DNA from: Candidatus Binatia bacterium
GTDB lineage: Bacteria; Desulfobacterota; Binatia; Bin18
DNA: 64,000 nt
Reading direction: 5' to 3'
NCBI GenBank assembly: GCA_963422435.1
Contig: OY729511.1
Span: 3,850,105-3,914,104, forward strand
Both the position numbers and the translations under genes were made by a program. Within the stretch, counting starts at the first letter, position 1, and every line of letters starts with the position of its first letter. The notes beneath the pieces were generated by a model that saw only the letters and a program-made list of their open reading frames with translations, was not told the DNA's origin and made no database searches. Below, one piece after another: positions 1 through 9,622 of the stretch.

Positions 1-221
1 TCATACGGCCACTCGGCGATGCAAGCACGAAGATTCAGGCGTGCGGTCACCACGTCCTCGTTCAGGTGGAGCACGGGGAAACTCTGGGACGGATGCCACC
101 GCCCCCCATGTTCCCGCGCGAAACCGGGATTGATCGGGTCTGTCCACGAAGGGTCGGCGATACGCCACCAGTCGTGACCATAGGGAAGCGTCTCTCGAAG
201 CAACTCCACCGCCAGTCAGCC

Positions 222-707
222 CTATGCCTGCTCGAACCGGAACATGTCCCGGCACGCGGTCAACAAGGCTTGCGTATCGCCGCGCGCCAGCAAATCCATC
301 AAGGAGGCACCGTCGAGCGCTCGAATCGGCCTCCGCACAACGGCCGGTATACGGTCGCGTTTGAGGTAGTGGGCGAGCAGTTCGGTAGCGGCGGCGAGAT
401 CCGATACCGCGCCGGCACGTCCCACGGGTGCGCCTTGCCTGAGCCACTTGCCGACCGCTTGGCGGCTCACGCCAAACAGGCGCGCCGCCTCGGCTTGACT
501 CAGTTTCCACGTCTCGAGCACTCGCGCAAAGGCCCGGCCCGCGCGCCGGCGATCAAGGCTCTCGGAGAAAGCGTCGAGCCATGCCGCCTCGTGCTGATGC
601 GCCGCATATATCTGCGCCGCCGCTTCCTCTGGGTCGAGTCTCTGGATCAATGTAACTGCGCTCATGCCGCGGACTCCGAGTTCGAGAGGCAGCCATATGT
701 CAACCAC
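222..707 (-). CDS. Type II antitoxin, Xre/MbcA/ParS family (HTH plus DUF2384-like C-terminal domain)
   Basis: 161-aa ORF with a central helix-turn-helix (LSQAEAARLFGVSRQAVGKWL) and a C-terminal segment (IRALDGASLMDLLARGDTQALL) typical of the antitoxins that pair with RES toxins. The 221 bp downstream before the window edge has no recognisable toxin ORF. Confidence 0.65.
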   Translation of the reverse strand: MVDIWLPLELGVRGMSAVTLIQRLDPEEAAAQIYAAHQHEAAWLDAFSESLDRRRAGRAFARVLETWKLSQAEAARLFGVSRQAVGKWLRQGAPVGRAGAVSDLAAATELLAHYLKRDRIPAVVRRPIRALDGASLMDLLARGDTQALLTACRDMFRFEQA

Positions 708-935
708 TACCGAATGTCAACCTCGGACTCTGAACCCCACAGGGAACGGTTCTGCTGGATGTCAGAGCCTCCACAATACAAAGAGGGATACCGCTCCAGC
801 AGGTATCCCAATGAAGATACGATTATCTTTTCGGATTCCTGTGTCACTCTCAGTCTTCCAACAAGAGAGCGATAACGCCTCTGGGCTTCAGTACCAGGGC
901 CGGATACACTCTCTCTCACGACGCAATCCAATACG

Positions 936-3818
936 ATGAGCCATAAGAAGGGCCTGCCAATATCAATGCCTACGCAGCGCAATCGTGAAGAGGTCGTCAA
1001 TACGCAACTTGCCGTGTTGATCTCACAGCTCGGCGTCACGGCCGACGCCGAAACCATTCATGTTCACGGCAAACACAGACCCGATGTGCTGTTCCAGCTT
1101 CGCGGCCTGCGGGCTGTCATCGAGGGCAAGTTTGCCGACGTGTCGAACGCCAAACAGATCGTCCTGGACGATGCCCGCAAACGCGTTCGGGCCGGCATTG
1201 CCCACATCGCTGCGGCAACCGTCTATCCCGAGCAACTTCGCACCACGCCCACCACGCAGATGCTTGATGTGCTGGCCGAGGCACGGCTGCACTACTGCAT
1301 TATTACCGAGACCTCCGAAGGCGATGAATGGTTCGAGGGGAATCCGGCGGCGCTGATGGAAGCCCTGCGCCGGGCGCAAGAGGCGCTCAGCCAAGATGAT
1401 CTCGTTGAGCGGACAGCCAAAGCGCTGCATGGCCGACTGGTCAGCGTGACTCAGCTCTGGCTGGGCCAGGCCGGCGCGTGTGACCGTCTGTCAAACATTC
1501 TCGGTATCACCCCGCCGAAAGGTGAGACACCAGACAAAGCCCAAGGCCGGCGCGAAACAGCGGCTAAGGTCTCGGCCCTGGTACTGGCCAACGCGCTGAT
1601 TTTTCAAGAACAGTTGGCGATAACGGATGGCCGGATCACCCCGCTACGCAAAATCGAAAAGGAAGCCGATTTAGTTGGCGCTATTGCGAAGCATTGGCAC
1701 TGGATATGGGAGAACATCAACTATGTGCCGATTTTCCAGCTCGGTGAGCGCGTGCTGGATGAACTGCCGAGCAATCTCAGCACCACGCAGGCCGTCAGCG
1801 CAGTACTCTCACAAGCCACAGCCATTTGCGAGCAACAGGCCGCCCTCCGCCATGACCTGATGGGGCGCATCTATCACTGGCTGCTGCACGAAGCGAAATA
1901 TCTCGGCACCTATTACACCTCGGTGCCAGCCGCTACCCTACTGCTCAAACTGACCCTGTCGGCGCACTGGAAACAGGACTTGGGCGACCCCGCGGAATTG
2001 GCGCACTTCAAGGTGGCCGACCTGGCCTGCGGAACGGGCACGCTGCTGATGGCGGCAGCCCAGGCATTTTCCGACGCGTACATCAGAACACGCGCGGCCT
2101 CAGACAGGCCGCTGGGCCAGCCGGAACTTTCGACACTGCATCGAACCTTGATGGAGCATATGTTGCACGGCTATGACGTGCTGCCTTCAGCCGTGCACCT
2201 GACGGCCTCGACCCTGGCCCTGCTCGCCCCGGACATTGCCTTTGTGCGGATGAATCTGTTTGTCATGCCGCTCGGCGTGGACCAGGGGCAGGCGCGGTTG
2301 GGCAGCCTGGATTTTCTTGACAACAGAGCACTCAGAACACAGATGGCACTTGACTATTCGCAGATTGAGACCGTCCGTACCGGCGCGTCCATGTCCCAAG
2401 AAACGAACGCGACGCTGCCCAAGCTGGACCTGTGCGTGATGAACCCCCCCTTTGTCCGTAGCGTGGGCGGCAACCTGCTCTTCGGTTCTCTGCCGGATGA
2501 ACGCGGCGTCCTGCAAAAAGACCTCAAGAAGCGACTCACGCACCTGCCAGCAAGTGCGACCGCTGGGCTGGGCAGCGTATTTGTTGCCCTGGCCGACAAG
2601 CACCTGGAAGTTGACGGACGGCTGGCCTTCGTCCTGCCGGCGGCCCTCGCTTCGGGCGAAGCCTGGGGGCCGACGCGCCAACTGCTCGCCGAGAGCTACC
2701 ATCTGGAAACCGTGGTTTCGAGCCATGACGCCGAGCGGCCCAATTTCTCGGAAAACACCGACTTGTCCGAACTGTTGTTCATCGCCCGCAAGCGCGGCAG
2801 CGGCGAGAAGTCGGGCAGAACGACCTATATCAGCCTGTGGCGCAACCCGCGCTCAATTCATGCAGCCCTGCACTTGGCGAACGCCATCGAGCATGTTGGC
2901 TCCATTGTCGGTATTGAAGAAGCCGGCATCACCGGGGCCAAGTTGGGAGACGAAAAGCTGGCCGAATTGATGACGCTGCCGGCCGCGTCGCCAGACGATA
3001 TTTGGCTCGGCGCGCTCTTTGCCCAAGTGGAATTGCTGCGTATTTCTTGGCACTTAGCGCAAGGCAGGCTGTCGATTCCAGGCTCAACGGAGAAAATGCC
3101 GATTCCCCTGTGTCCACTCCATGATCTCGGCGCACTCGGCCCGGACCGGAAACGGATACACGAAGGGTTCAAGGTCACAAAATCCGACTGGACGCCATTT
3201 CCGGGCTTCTGGGGACACAAGGCGGACGAGGTGACAACCATCGCGCAGACACCGAACTGCAAACTGCTGGAATGGCAGGATTCCCCGCGTGGTCCACACT
3301 ACGGGTCTCATCTGTGGCAGCGCGCGGGTCGAATACTTCTCGTCGAGCGATTATGGCCAATCACTCAACGGGTTTTAGCAGTGGGATTTGAGGAGAAAGT
3401 TCTCGGTAATACATGGTGGGCTTTCGACGAGTCTCAGTTGAATGAACTGCAACGGAAGGCACTGCTTGTATGGCTCAATTCGACCCTGAGCCTGCTCTTT
3501 TATTTTGGCCGGCGGACGGTCACACGGAGTGCCTGGATGCAGATGAAGCAGCCGGCTTGGGCGTCCATGCCGGTGCTCAATGTACGCAGTCTGACGCAAG
3601 AACAACTCACACCGCTTGCCAACGCCTATGACGAGGTGGCCTCGCAATCGCTCGCTCCGCTGGCACAGTTGGACGCCGACCCGGTTCGTATCCGCATTGA
3701 CGCTACCCTCTGCGCGGTTCTCGGCCTTCCCGCAATCGCCTCTGTTCGTGCCCTGCTCGCCCGTGAGCCGGGACTGACCGGGCGGAGGATTGGAGGGTCT
3801 ATTGTTAAAGCTGGATAG
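936..3818 (+). CDS. Single-chain type IIL/IIG (MmeI-like) restriction-modification enzyme: N-terminal PD-(D/E)xK nuclease, gamma-class N6-adenine methyltransferase, C-terminal target-recognition region
   Basis: 960 aa. Candidate PD-x13-EGK nuclease motif near the N-terminus (HRPDVLFQLRGLRAVIEGKF). SAM-binding motif I (VADLACGTGTLLMAAAQ) at ~aa 360 precedes motif IV (CVMNPPF) at ~aa 505, which is the gamma-class order. A ~450-aa C-terminal extension could be the target-recognition domain. Confidence 0.55.
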   Translation: MSHKKGLPISMPTQRNREEVVNTQLAVLISQLGVTADAETIHVHGKHRPDVLFQLRGLRAVIEGKFADVSNAKQIVLDDARKRVRAGIAHIAAATVYPEQLRTTPTTQMLDVLAEARLHYCIITETSEGDEWFEGNPAALMEALRRAQEALSQDDLVERTAKALHGRLVSVTQLWLGQAGACDRLSNILGITPPKGETPDKAQGRRETAAKVSALVLANALIFQEQLAITDGRITPLRKIEKEADLVGAIAKHWHWIWENINYVPIFQLGERVLDELPSNLSTTQAVSAVLSQATAICEQQAALRHDLMGRIYHWLLHEAKYLGTYYTSVPAATLLLKLTLSAHWKQDLGDPAELAHFKVADLACGTGTLLMAAAQAFSDAYIRTRAASDRPLGQPELSTLHRTLMEHMLHGYDVLPSAVHLTASTLALLAPDIAFVRMNLFVMPLGVDQGQARLGSLDFLDNRALRTQMALDYSQIETVRTGASMSQETNATLPKLDLCVMNPPFVRSVGGNLLFGSLPDERGVLQKDLKKRLTHLPASATAGLGSVFVALADKHLEVDGRLAFVLPAALASGEAWGPTRQLLAESYHLETVVSSHDAERPNFSENTDLSELLFIARKRGSGEKSGRTTYISLWRNPRSIHAALHLANAIEHVGSIVGIEEAGITGAKLGDEKLAELMTLPAASPDDIWLGALFAQVELLRISWHLAQGRLSIPGSTEKMPIPLCPLHDLGALGPDRKRIHEGFKVTKSDWTPFPGFWGHKADEVTTIAQTPNCKLLEWQDSPRGPHYGSHLWQRAGRILLVERLWPITQRVLAVGFEEKVLGNTWWAFDESQLNELQRKALLVWLNSTLSLLFYFGRRTVTRSAWMQMKQPAWASMPVLNVRSLTQEQLTPLANAYDEVASQSLAPLAQLDADPVRIRIDATLCAVLGLPAIASVRALLAREPGLTGRRIGGSIVKAG

Positions 3819-3936
3819 TCGTCCAAAAACCCTCCTTTTTGCCGTTGGCCTTATGCTGGATTTTGCACTTGGTATTTTCGTCGTACTTCTTCATCGGCGA
3901 ATCGAACTGCGTATGAAAGAGACCGGGAGGTCTGAA

Positions 3937-4053
3937 GAATGAGCGCTTACGGACTTATGGGATTCGCTGGACTCCTCATGGTTGCAGGAATGATTAGTGA
4001 CGTCGTAGGGCAGGTCGTCAGAGAGGCCGGGCGAGTTTCGCTGTAAGGATTGA
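3937..4053 (+). CDS. Candidate small membrane peptide (38 aa), speculative
   Basis: ATG preceded by GGGAGG at -8. Hydrophobic N-terminal helix (YGLMGFAGLLMVAGMI). Sits in a lower-GC intergenic stretch. A 9-codon mini-ORF upstream ends in ATGA, which overlaps this start. Confidence 0.2.
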
Positions 4054-4089
4054 GAGTGACAAACTGAGACGGTTCGACAGATCAGCCCC

Positions 4090-4123
4090 CCCCTCACCCT
4101 AGCCCTCTCCCTCCGGGGGAGAG
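4090..4123. repeat. GC-rich hairpin repeat, copy A (CCCTCTCCC-tccgg-GGGAGAGGG) with the shared 5' arm cctcaccctRgccctctccc
   Basis: 9-bp perfect stem with a 5-nt loop. The 21-nt 5' arm is near-identical (1 mismatch) to the copy at 62591-62611. Confidence 0.6.
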
Positions 4124-4238
4124 GGAATAAGACCCCCGACCACGAGCCCGCCGAAATCCTGCCCGCCGGGATAGCCATAACCCGGCGATTTGCTACGCTA
4201 TCGTATAGACCGGGACAGGAGGAGCGGACAGAAAAACT

Positions 4239-5570
4239 ATGGCGCATTTACGACAACTGCGGCTGGGCGCGTTCATGCGACCGGTCAGCATTCATACCGC
4301 GGCCTGGCGCTATCCGGGCGCGTTCCCGGATGCCAACTTCAATTTTTCCCATTACCAGCGCTTCGTCTGCACGCTGGAACGGGGCCGCTTCGACGCCTTT
4401 TTCATGGCCGATCACCTGGCCGTGCTCAATATGCCGATGGCGGCGCTCAAACGGAGTGCCACGGTCACGTCTTTTGATCCGCTCACCCTACTCCCGGCGC
4501 TGGCCACCGTCAGCACGCATCTGGGGCTGATTGCCACGGCCTCTACCACCTACAACGATCCGTATCATGTGGCGCGGAAATTTGCCTCGCTCGACCATAT
4601 CAGCGGCGGACGGGCCGGCTGGAACGTCGTGACCTCGGCCAACCCGGACGAAGCGTTGAACTTCGGACGCGAGGAACACATGGAACATGACGCGCGCTAT
4701 CGTCTGGCGCGCGAGTTCTACGATGTGGTGACCGGCCTGTGGGATAGTTGGGCGGACGATGCCTTTATTCGCGACGTCGAGGCCGGCGTGTATTTCGACC
4801 CTGAGAAGCTGCACGTGCTGAACCATACAGGCCGGCATCTCTCCGTGCGCGGCCCGCTGAATATCGCCCGGCCTATTCAGGGCTGGCCGGTCATCGTCCA
4901 GGCCGGCGCGTCAGAGGCCGGTCGTCAACTCGCCGCGGAGACCGCTGAAGTCGTGTTTTCCGGGGTCAATAATCTACAGGCCGCCCAGTCCTACTATGCG
5001 GATGTCAAAGGCCGGATGGAGGCATACGGGCGCTGTCGAGACCATCTCAAAATCCTGCCGGGTGCCTTTGTTGTCGTTGGCGACACGCTGGCCGAGGCGC
5101 GGGCAAAGAAAACGAAGCTCGACAGCCTGGTCCACCCGGATAGCGGCATGGCCACACTCTGCGTCCTGCTGGGCCATGACGTGTCGGACTCTGACCTGGA
5201 CAGTCCACTGCCCGACATCCCGGAAAGCAACGCCAGTCAATCCGGGCGGCAGAAACTGGTCGAAATGGCGCGCAAGGACAATATGACCATCAGACAGCTT
5301 GCCCAGTATGTGGGCGGCAGTTTCAGCACCCTGGAACTTACTGGCACGCCGAGCATGATCGCCGATCACATGGAGGAATGGCTCATGACCGAAGGGTCGG
5401 ACGGCTTTAATGTCATGTTCCCCTATCTGCCGGGCGGGCTGGACGACTTTGTGGACCGGGTCGTACCCGAACTACAGCGCCGCGGCCTGTTTCGACGCGA
5501 GTACGAGGGCGCGACCCTGCGTGAAAACCTTGGCCTGCCGCGTCCGGAGAATCGCTTTTTTACAGACTGA
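4239..5570 (+). CDS. LLM-class flavin-dependent monooxygenase, NtaA/SnaA/DszA family
   Basis: 443 aa. Start resembles this family (FMADHLAVLNMP...); the translation is TIM-barrel luciferase-like monooxygenase-like throughout. SD GGAGGAG upstream. Confidence 0.85.
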   Translation: MAHLRQLRLGAFMRPVSIHTAAWRYPGAFPDANFNFSHYQRFVCTLERGRFDAFFMADHLAVLNMPMAALKRSATVTSFDPLTLLPALATVSTHLGLIATASTTYNDPYHVARKFASLDHISGGRAGWNVVTSANPDEALNFGREEHMEHDARYRLAREFYDVVTGLWDSWADDAFIRDVEAGVYFDPEKLHVLNHTGRHLSVRGPLNIARPIQGWPVIVQAGASEAGRQLAAETAEVVFSGVNNLQAAQSYYADVKGRMEAYGRCRDHLKILPGAFVVVGDTLAEARAKKTKLDSLVHPDSGMATLCVLLGHDVSDSDLDSPLPDIPESNASQSGRQKLVEMARKDNMTIRQLAQYVGGSFSTLELTGTPSMIADHMEEWLMTEGSDGFNVMFPYLPGGLDDFVDRVVPELQRRGLFRREYEGATLRENLGLPRPENRFFTD

Positions 5571-5673
5571 AGAGAGCCTGCCCTTGAGCGTCCTTCGACT
5601 TCGCTGGCGCTACGCTCAGGACGAACGGAGAAGAAGAGAACCCAGCCGAAGGGTGGACAGAGGAGACAGTGCA

Positions 5674-6474
5674 ATGGCCGATACACAGTCGTCTCACGAG
5701 GCCGCCAGATTTTTATGGAACGAACGTCAGGCCGGCCGGCCCTTTGTTCCCATCCCGGAGCCGCATACACCGCACCGCCTTGAAGATGCCTATGCCGTTC
5801 AGGCCGAGCTTCAGCAATTTTTGACGGAAATCTATGGTTCTCTCGCCGGATATAAAATTGCGTTGACCACGCCGGTGATGCAAAAAATGGTCGGCTTTGA
5901 CGAACCTATTGCCGGCGCCATTATGGAAAAAACTATCCACCATACCCCGGCTCGGGTGCGCCTGAGCGACTATGGTCGCCTGGGAGTCGAGTGCGAGATT
6001 GCCGTGCGGCTGGCGCAAGATTTGCCAGCCGAGCGGGCTCCCTATACGCGCGAGCGTGTAGCCGGGGCAGTCGGGGCTGTCCTGCCGGCCTTTGAACTGG
6101 TTGACGATCGCCACGCTGACTACACCAAGATCGCCGACCACATCCTGACCCTGCTCGCGGATAACGCCTGGAACGACGGCATTGTCTTGGGTTCGCCGCT
6201 GACAGACTGGCAATCGCTCGACCTGGCTGCCATACACGGCACCATGCGCATCAACGGCGAAGTCGTTGGAGAAGGGGATGGTCGGGACGTGCTGGGACAT
6301 CCGCTCGATGCCCTGGCCTGGCTGGCGAGTACACTGGCCGCCCAGGGCAAGACCCTGTCTCAAGGCATGGTCGTCATGACCGGCAGCGTGGTGGCGACCA
6401 AGTTTGTGAGTCAGGGCGACCGGGTGCAGTTGACGATGGATGGGCTGGGCGAGGTGGAACTGAGTATTAAATAA
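5674..6474 (+). CDS. 2-keto-4-pentenoate hydratase family protein (MhpD/BphH/HpaH-like)
   Basis: Translation from MADTQ resembles MhpD (LEDAYAVQAELQ..., GHPLDALAWLA..., MTGSVV). AGGAGA SD 7 nt upstream of the ATG at 5674. The longer ORF from 5410 is an out-of-gene extension. Confidence 0.75.
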   Translation: MADTQSSHEAARFLWNERQAGRPFVPIPEPHTPHRLEDAYAVQAELQQFLTEIYGSLAGYKIALTTPVMQKMVGFDEPIAGAIMEKTIHHTPARVRLSDYGRLGVECEIAVRLAQDLPAERAPYTRERVAGAVGAVLPAFELVDDRHADYTKIADHILTLLADNAWNDGIVLGSPLTDWQSLDLAAIHGTMRINGEVVGEGDGRDVLGHPLDALAWLASTLAAQGKTLSQGMVVMTGSVVATKFVSQGDRVQLTMDGLGEVELSIK

Positions 6475-6524
6475 ACCGGGGAACCCACCCCGCCGCTCCG
6501 AGGAAGGGACAATACTATCCTCAC

Positions 6525-8150
6525 TTACTTCCCCATCCTTTCGTCCAGGAATGCGCTGACCTTACCAATCCCAATGCGCTCCTGCTCCAGGGTGTCACGG
6601 TCACGCACGGTGACGGTCTGGTCCGCAAGCGTGTCACCGTCAATCGTAAAGCAGTAGGGCGTACCGGCTTCATCCATGCGTGCGTAGCGTTTGCCGATGT
6701 TCTGCTTCACATCGAGTCGGACGGCGTATTGCGGGCGCAACCCCTGGTAGAGCTTCTCGGCCACCTCGGGCATACCACTTTTGTTGACCAAGGGAAAAAC
6801 GGCCGCCTTGATCGGCGCCAGCCGGGGGTGGAATTTCATATAGACCTTGCTCGGCCGGCTCTCGTCCGGTGTATAGGCTTCACACAGTGCCGCCAGGGTT
6901 CCACGGTCGGCGCCAGCGCTCGGCTCGATCACGTGCGGGAAATAGCGCTCGTTGCGCTGGTCGTCAAAATAGCGCAGCTTGTCCCCCTGACCACAATGGG
7001 TGGCGTGCTGGCGCAGGTCATAGTCGGCACGATGGGCTATGCCTTCCAATTCCCCATAGCCGGGCGCGGTAAACGGGAAACGATACTCGACATCGCTCGT
7101 GCCGGCTCCCTCTTTGGCGTAGTGGGCGAGTTCGTCCTGATCGTGCGCACGCAGTGTCAGGTTCTCGCCCGCCAGACCAATAGACTGCCACCAACGAAAA
7201 CGAGTGTCGCGCCAGTACTGATACCACTCTGCGGCTTCCTGGGGATGAATGAAGAACTCGATTTCCATCTGCTCGAACTCGCGCGACCGGAACGTAAAAT
7301 TGCGCGGCGTGACCTCGTTGCGGAACGCTTTGCCGATCTGCGCAATCCCGAACGGCACCCGCACCCGATTGGTATCCAGCACATTCCAGAACTGGGTAAA
7401 AATTCCCTGGGCCGTCTCCGGACGCAGATAGGTAACCGCCGACGGATCTTCGACCGCGCCGGTCGTGGTCTTGAACATCAGATTAAAAGGCCGCGGCTCA
7501 GTAATCTCCCCGCCACAGAACGGGCATGGCGGCTGTGGCAATTCGCCAGCTACGCGCTGCTCGGTGGCAAGCTGCCCAACCAATTGGTCCAACCCGATGT
7601 CAATCGGCGACGCTTCCTGTTCTCGTCCCTCAGTCAGGAGCGCCAGCGTTTCCGCTGGCTTGCGGACAAGAGCCAGGTTCGGGGCGCTCTTTTTTGCGGT
7701 CTTTTCTCCCCAGCGCTTCACGCTTTTGACAGTCACATTCCCCGCTTCATGCAGCTCTTTCAGCGAGGCATACCAGTCACTCTCGTGAATCATCTCATCA
7801 ATATGATCGTACCGTACGAGCTTCTTACAGTGACGGCAGGTGCTCATCAAATCGGAGAACCCGCCCACATGACCCGAGGCTTCCCAGACTTTCGGGTTCA
7901 TAATAATGGTCGCGTCCACGGGAACGATCTCGATGGGCCGACCGTCCGGACCAGGGGCCGGGCAACGGACCACGTCTTGCCACCAGGCTTCCTTGAGGTT
8001 GCGTTTCAGTTCAGCGCCGAGCGGGCCGTAATCCCAGAAGCCGTTAATGCCGCCGTACAATTCGGACGACTGAAAGATAAACCCGCGGCGTCGGCATAAC
8101 GAGACAATAGGGTCCATTGATTTTGTTGCGGGCGGAGTCTGTTTGCTCAT
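6525..8150 (-). CDS. glyQS: Glycine--tRNA ligase, alpha2 homodimeric type
   Basis: 541-aa translation matches class II GlyRS (IVSLCRRRGFIFQSSELYGG, FRNE, GIAHRADYDL). The start may be the second Met at 8117. Confidence 0.9.
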   Translation of the reverse strand: MSKQTPPATKSMDPIVSLCRRRGFIFQSSELYGGINGFWDYGPLGAELKRNLKEAWWQDVVRCPAPGPDGRPIEIVPVDATIIMNPKVWEASGHVGGFSDLMSTCRHCKKLVRYDHIDEMIHESDWYASLKELHEAGNVTVKSVKRWGEKTAKKSAPNLALVRKPAETLALLTEGREQEASPIDIGLDQLVGQLATEQRVAGELPQPPCPFCGGEITEPRPFNLMFKTTTGAVEDPSAVTYLRPETAQGIFTQFWNVLDTNRVRVPFGIAQIGKAFRNEVTPRNFTFRSREFEQMEIEFFIHPQEAAEWYQYWRDTRFRWWQSIGLAGENLTLRAHDQDELAHYAKEGAGTSDVEYRFPFTAPGYGELEGIAHRADYDLRQHATHCGQGDKLRYFDDQRNERYFPHVIEPSAGADRGTLAALCEAYTPDESRPSKVYMKFHPRLAPIKAAVFPLVNKSGMPEVAEKLYQGLRPQYAVRLDVKQNIGKRYARMDEAGTPYCFTIDGDTLADQTVTVRDRDTLEQERIGIGKVSAFLDERMGK

Positions 8151-8356
8151 AAGGTTGATCTCATTTTGTGTGTACTATCCTCCCGGTTGGTACAGCCGGA
8201 CTGGGCGGCGTGCATGATATTGGATGGCCCTGACCTCGGCAAGGGAGCAGGCCCGCGCCCCCTTCGATGCTGCTTTGGACAGGCCCCTTTGCGTCGGGGA
8301 TCGGACACGGTACAAGTAAGCGCGAAACAGTCATTGTGTCTGGCAAGGAGCAAACC

Positions 8357-9598
8357 ATGGACAAAGCTTTGGACGGTATCCGTGTTCTTGACATGACCCA
8401 CGTCCAGATGGGGCCTTCTTGTACCCAGATTCTCGCCTGGCTTGGCGCGGACGTCATTAAGGTCGAACTGCCGGGGCGAGGCGATATCACCCGCCAGCAG
8501 CTCCGGGACCTGCCCGATGTTGATAGCCTGTATTTCACCATGCTCAACTGCAATAAGCGCAGCATCACCATCAACACCAAGACTCCGAAAGGGCAAGATA
8601 TTTTTCGCAAGCTGGTCGAAGTGTGCGACGTGCTGGTCGAAAACTTTGCACCCGGTGCGCTGGACCGCCAAGGATTCAGTTGGGAGGTCATCCGGCAGAT
8701 CAATCCACGCATGATCTATGCCTCCGGCAAGGGGTTCGGCCCCGGTCCGTTCGCAGACTGCAAGGCATATGAGACCGTCGCCCAGGCCATGGGCGGGGCC
8801 ATGAGCACGACGGGCTGGGATGACGGCCCGCCGACCAGCACGGGAGCCCAGATTGGAGATTCCGGTACAGGCATGCATCTGGTGGCCGCGATTCTGGCAG
8901 CCCTCTTTCAGCGCGAGCAAACCGGGTCCGGTCAGCGGGTTGAGGTCGCCATGCAGGACGCGGTGCTGAACCTGTGTCGAGTCAAGCTGCGCGACCAGCA
9001 GCGGCTTGTCCACGGCCCCTTGAAGGAGTACCCACAATATCCCGATAAGACCTTCGGCCCAGCCGTGCCGCGCTCCGGCAACGCCTCCGGTGGCGGCCAT
9101 CCGGGGGTGGCCCTCAAATGCAAACCCGGCGGCCCCAACGACTACATCTATGTGGTCGTCCAGGCCCAAGTCTGGCAACCGCTAATGCAGCTCATCGACC
9201 GTGAGGACCTTATTGATAACCCGGAGTACGCCACGCCGGAGGCGCGTCTCTCGCACCTGGATGACTGTTTCGCGGTAATTGAAGCCTGGACCCAGAAGCA
9301 CACCAAGTACGAAGCCATGCAACGCCTCAACACGGTCAACGTGCCCTGTGGTCCGATCCTGGACATGAAAGAGCTGATGGAAGATGAGTCGCTAGCCGCG
9401 CGGGATATTGTGGCCGAAGTCGAGCATCCGGAGCGCGGACGGTTCAAGACAGTCGGCTGTCCGCTTAAACTTTCAGATTCTTCGGTCGAGGTCACGACTT
9501 CGCCCCGCCTTGGCGAGCATACCCAGGAAATCCTGCGGGAACTGGTCGGGTACGACGACGAAGAGGTTGAGGCAGCCCGGACCGAGGGCGCAATCTGA
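8357..9598 (+). CDS. frc: Formyl-CoA transferase (CoA-transferase family III)
   Basis: 413 aa. The N-terminus ([37 protein letters not shown]...[15 protein letters not shown]) is near-collinear with Oxalobacter formigenes Frc, including the glycine-rich [10 protein letters not shown] loop. SD AAGGAG upstream. Confidence 0.85.
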   Translation: MDKALDGIRVLDMTHVQMGPSCTQILAWLGADVIKVELPGRGDITRQQLRDLPDVDSLYFTMLNCNKRSITINTKTPKGQDIFRKLVEVCDVLVENFAPGALDRQGFSWEVIRQINPRMIYASGKGFGPGPFADCKAYETVAQAMGGAMSTTGWDDGPPTSTGAQIGDSGTGMHLVAAILAALFQREQTGSGQRVEVAMQDAVLNLCRVKLRDQQRLVHGPLKEYPQYPDKTFGPAVPRSGNASGGGHPGVALKCKPGGPNDYIYVVVQAQVWQPLMQLIDREDLIDNPEYATPEARLSHLDDCFAVIEAWTQKHTKYEAMQRLNTVNVPCGPILDMKELMEDESLAARDIVAEVEHPERGRFKTVGCPLKLSDSSVEVTTSPRLGEHTQEILRELVGYDDEEVEAARTEGAI

Positions 9599-9622
9599 CA
9601 CCACTTCGCACGCACTCTCCGC

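Noticed and set aside
1-875. Long ORFs 1-510 (-) and 66-875 (+) overlapping the antitoxin gene
   Set aside because: Arg/Pro/Gly-rich, lying out of frame or antisense to a well-supported HTH/DUF2384 antitoxin. These are typical high-GC spurious ORFs.
3891-4247. 118-aa minus-strand ORF in the gap between the MmeI-like gene and the LLM gene
   Set aside because: Ser/Arg-rich, no SD, and it overlaps the hairpin repeat; judged non-coding.
8151-8356. Long 5' leader upstream of frc as a possible riboswitch
   Set aside because: Only short palindromic CCGG-type stems were seen; nothing resembling a known riboswitch architecture.
8147-9178. 343-aa minus-strand ORF opposite frc
   Set aside because: Antisense to a gene near-collinear with Oxalobacter Frc; no motifs.
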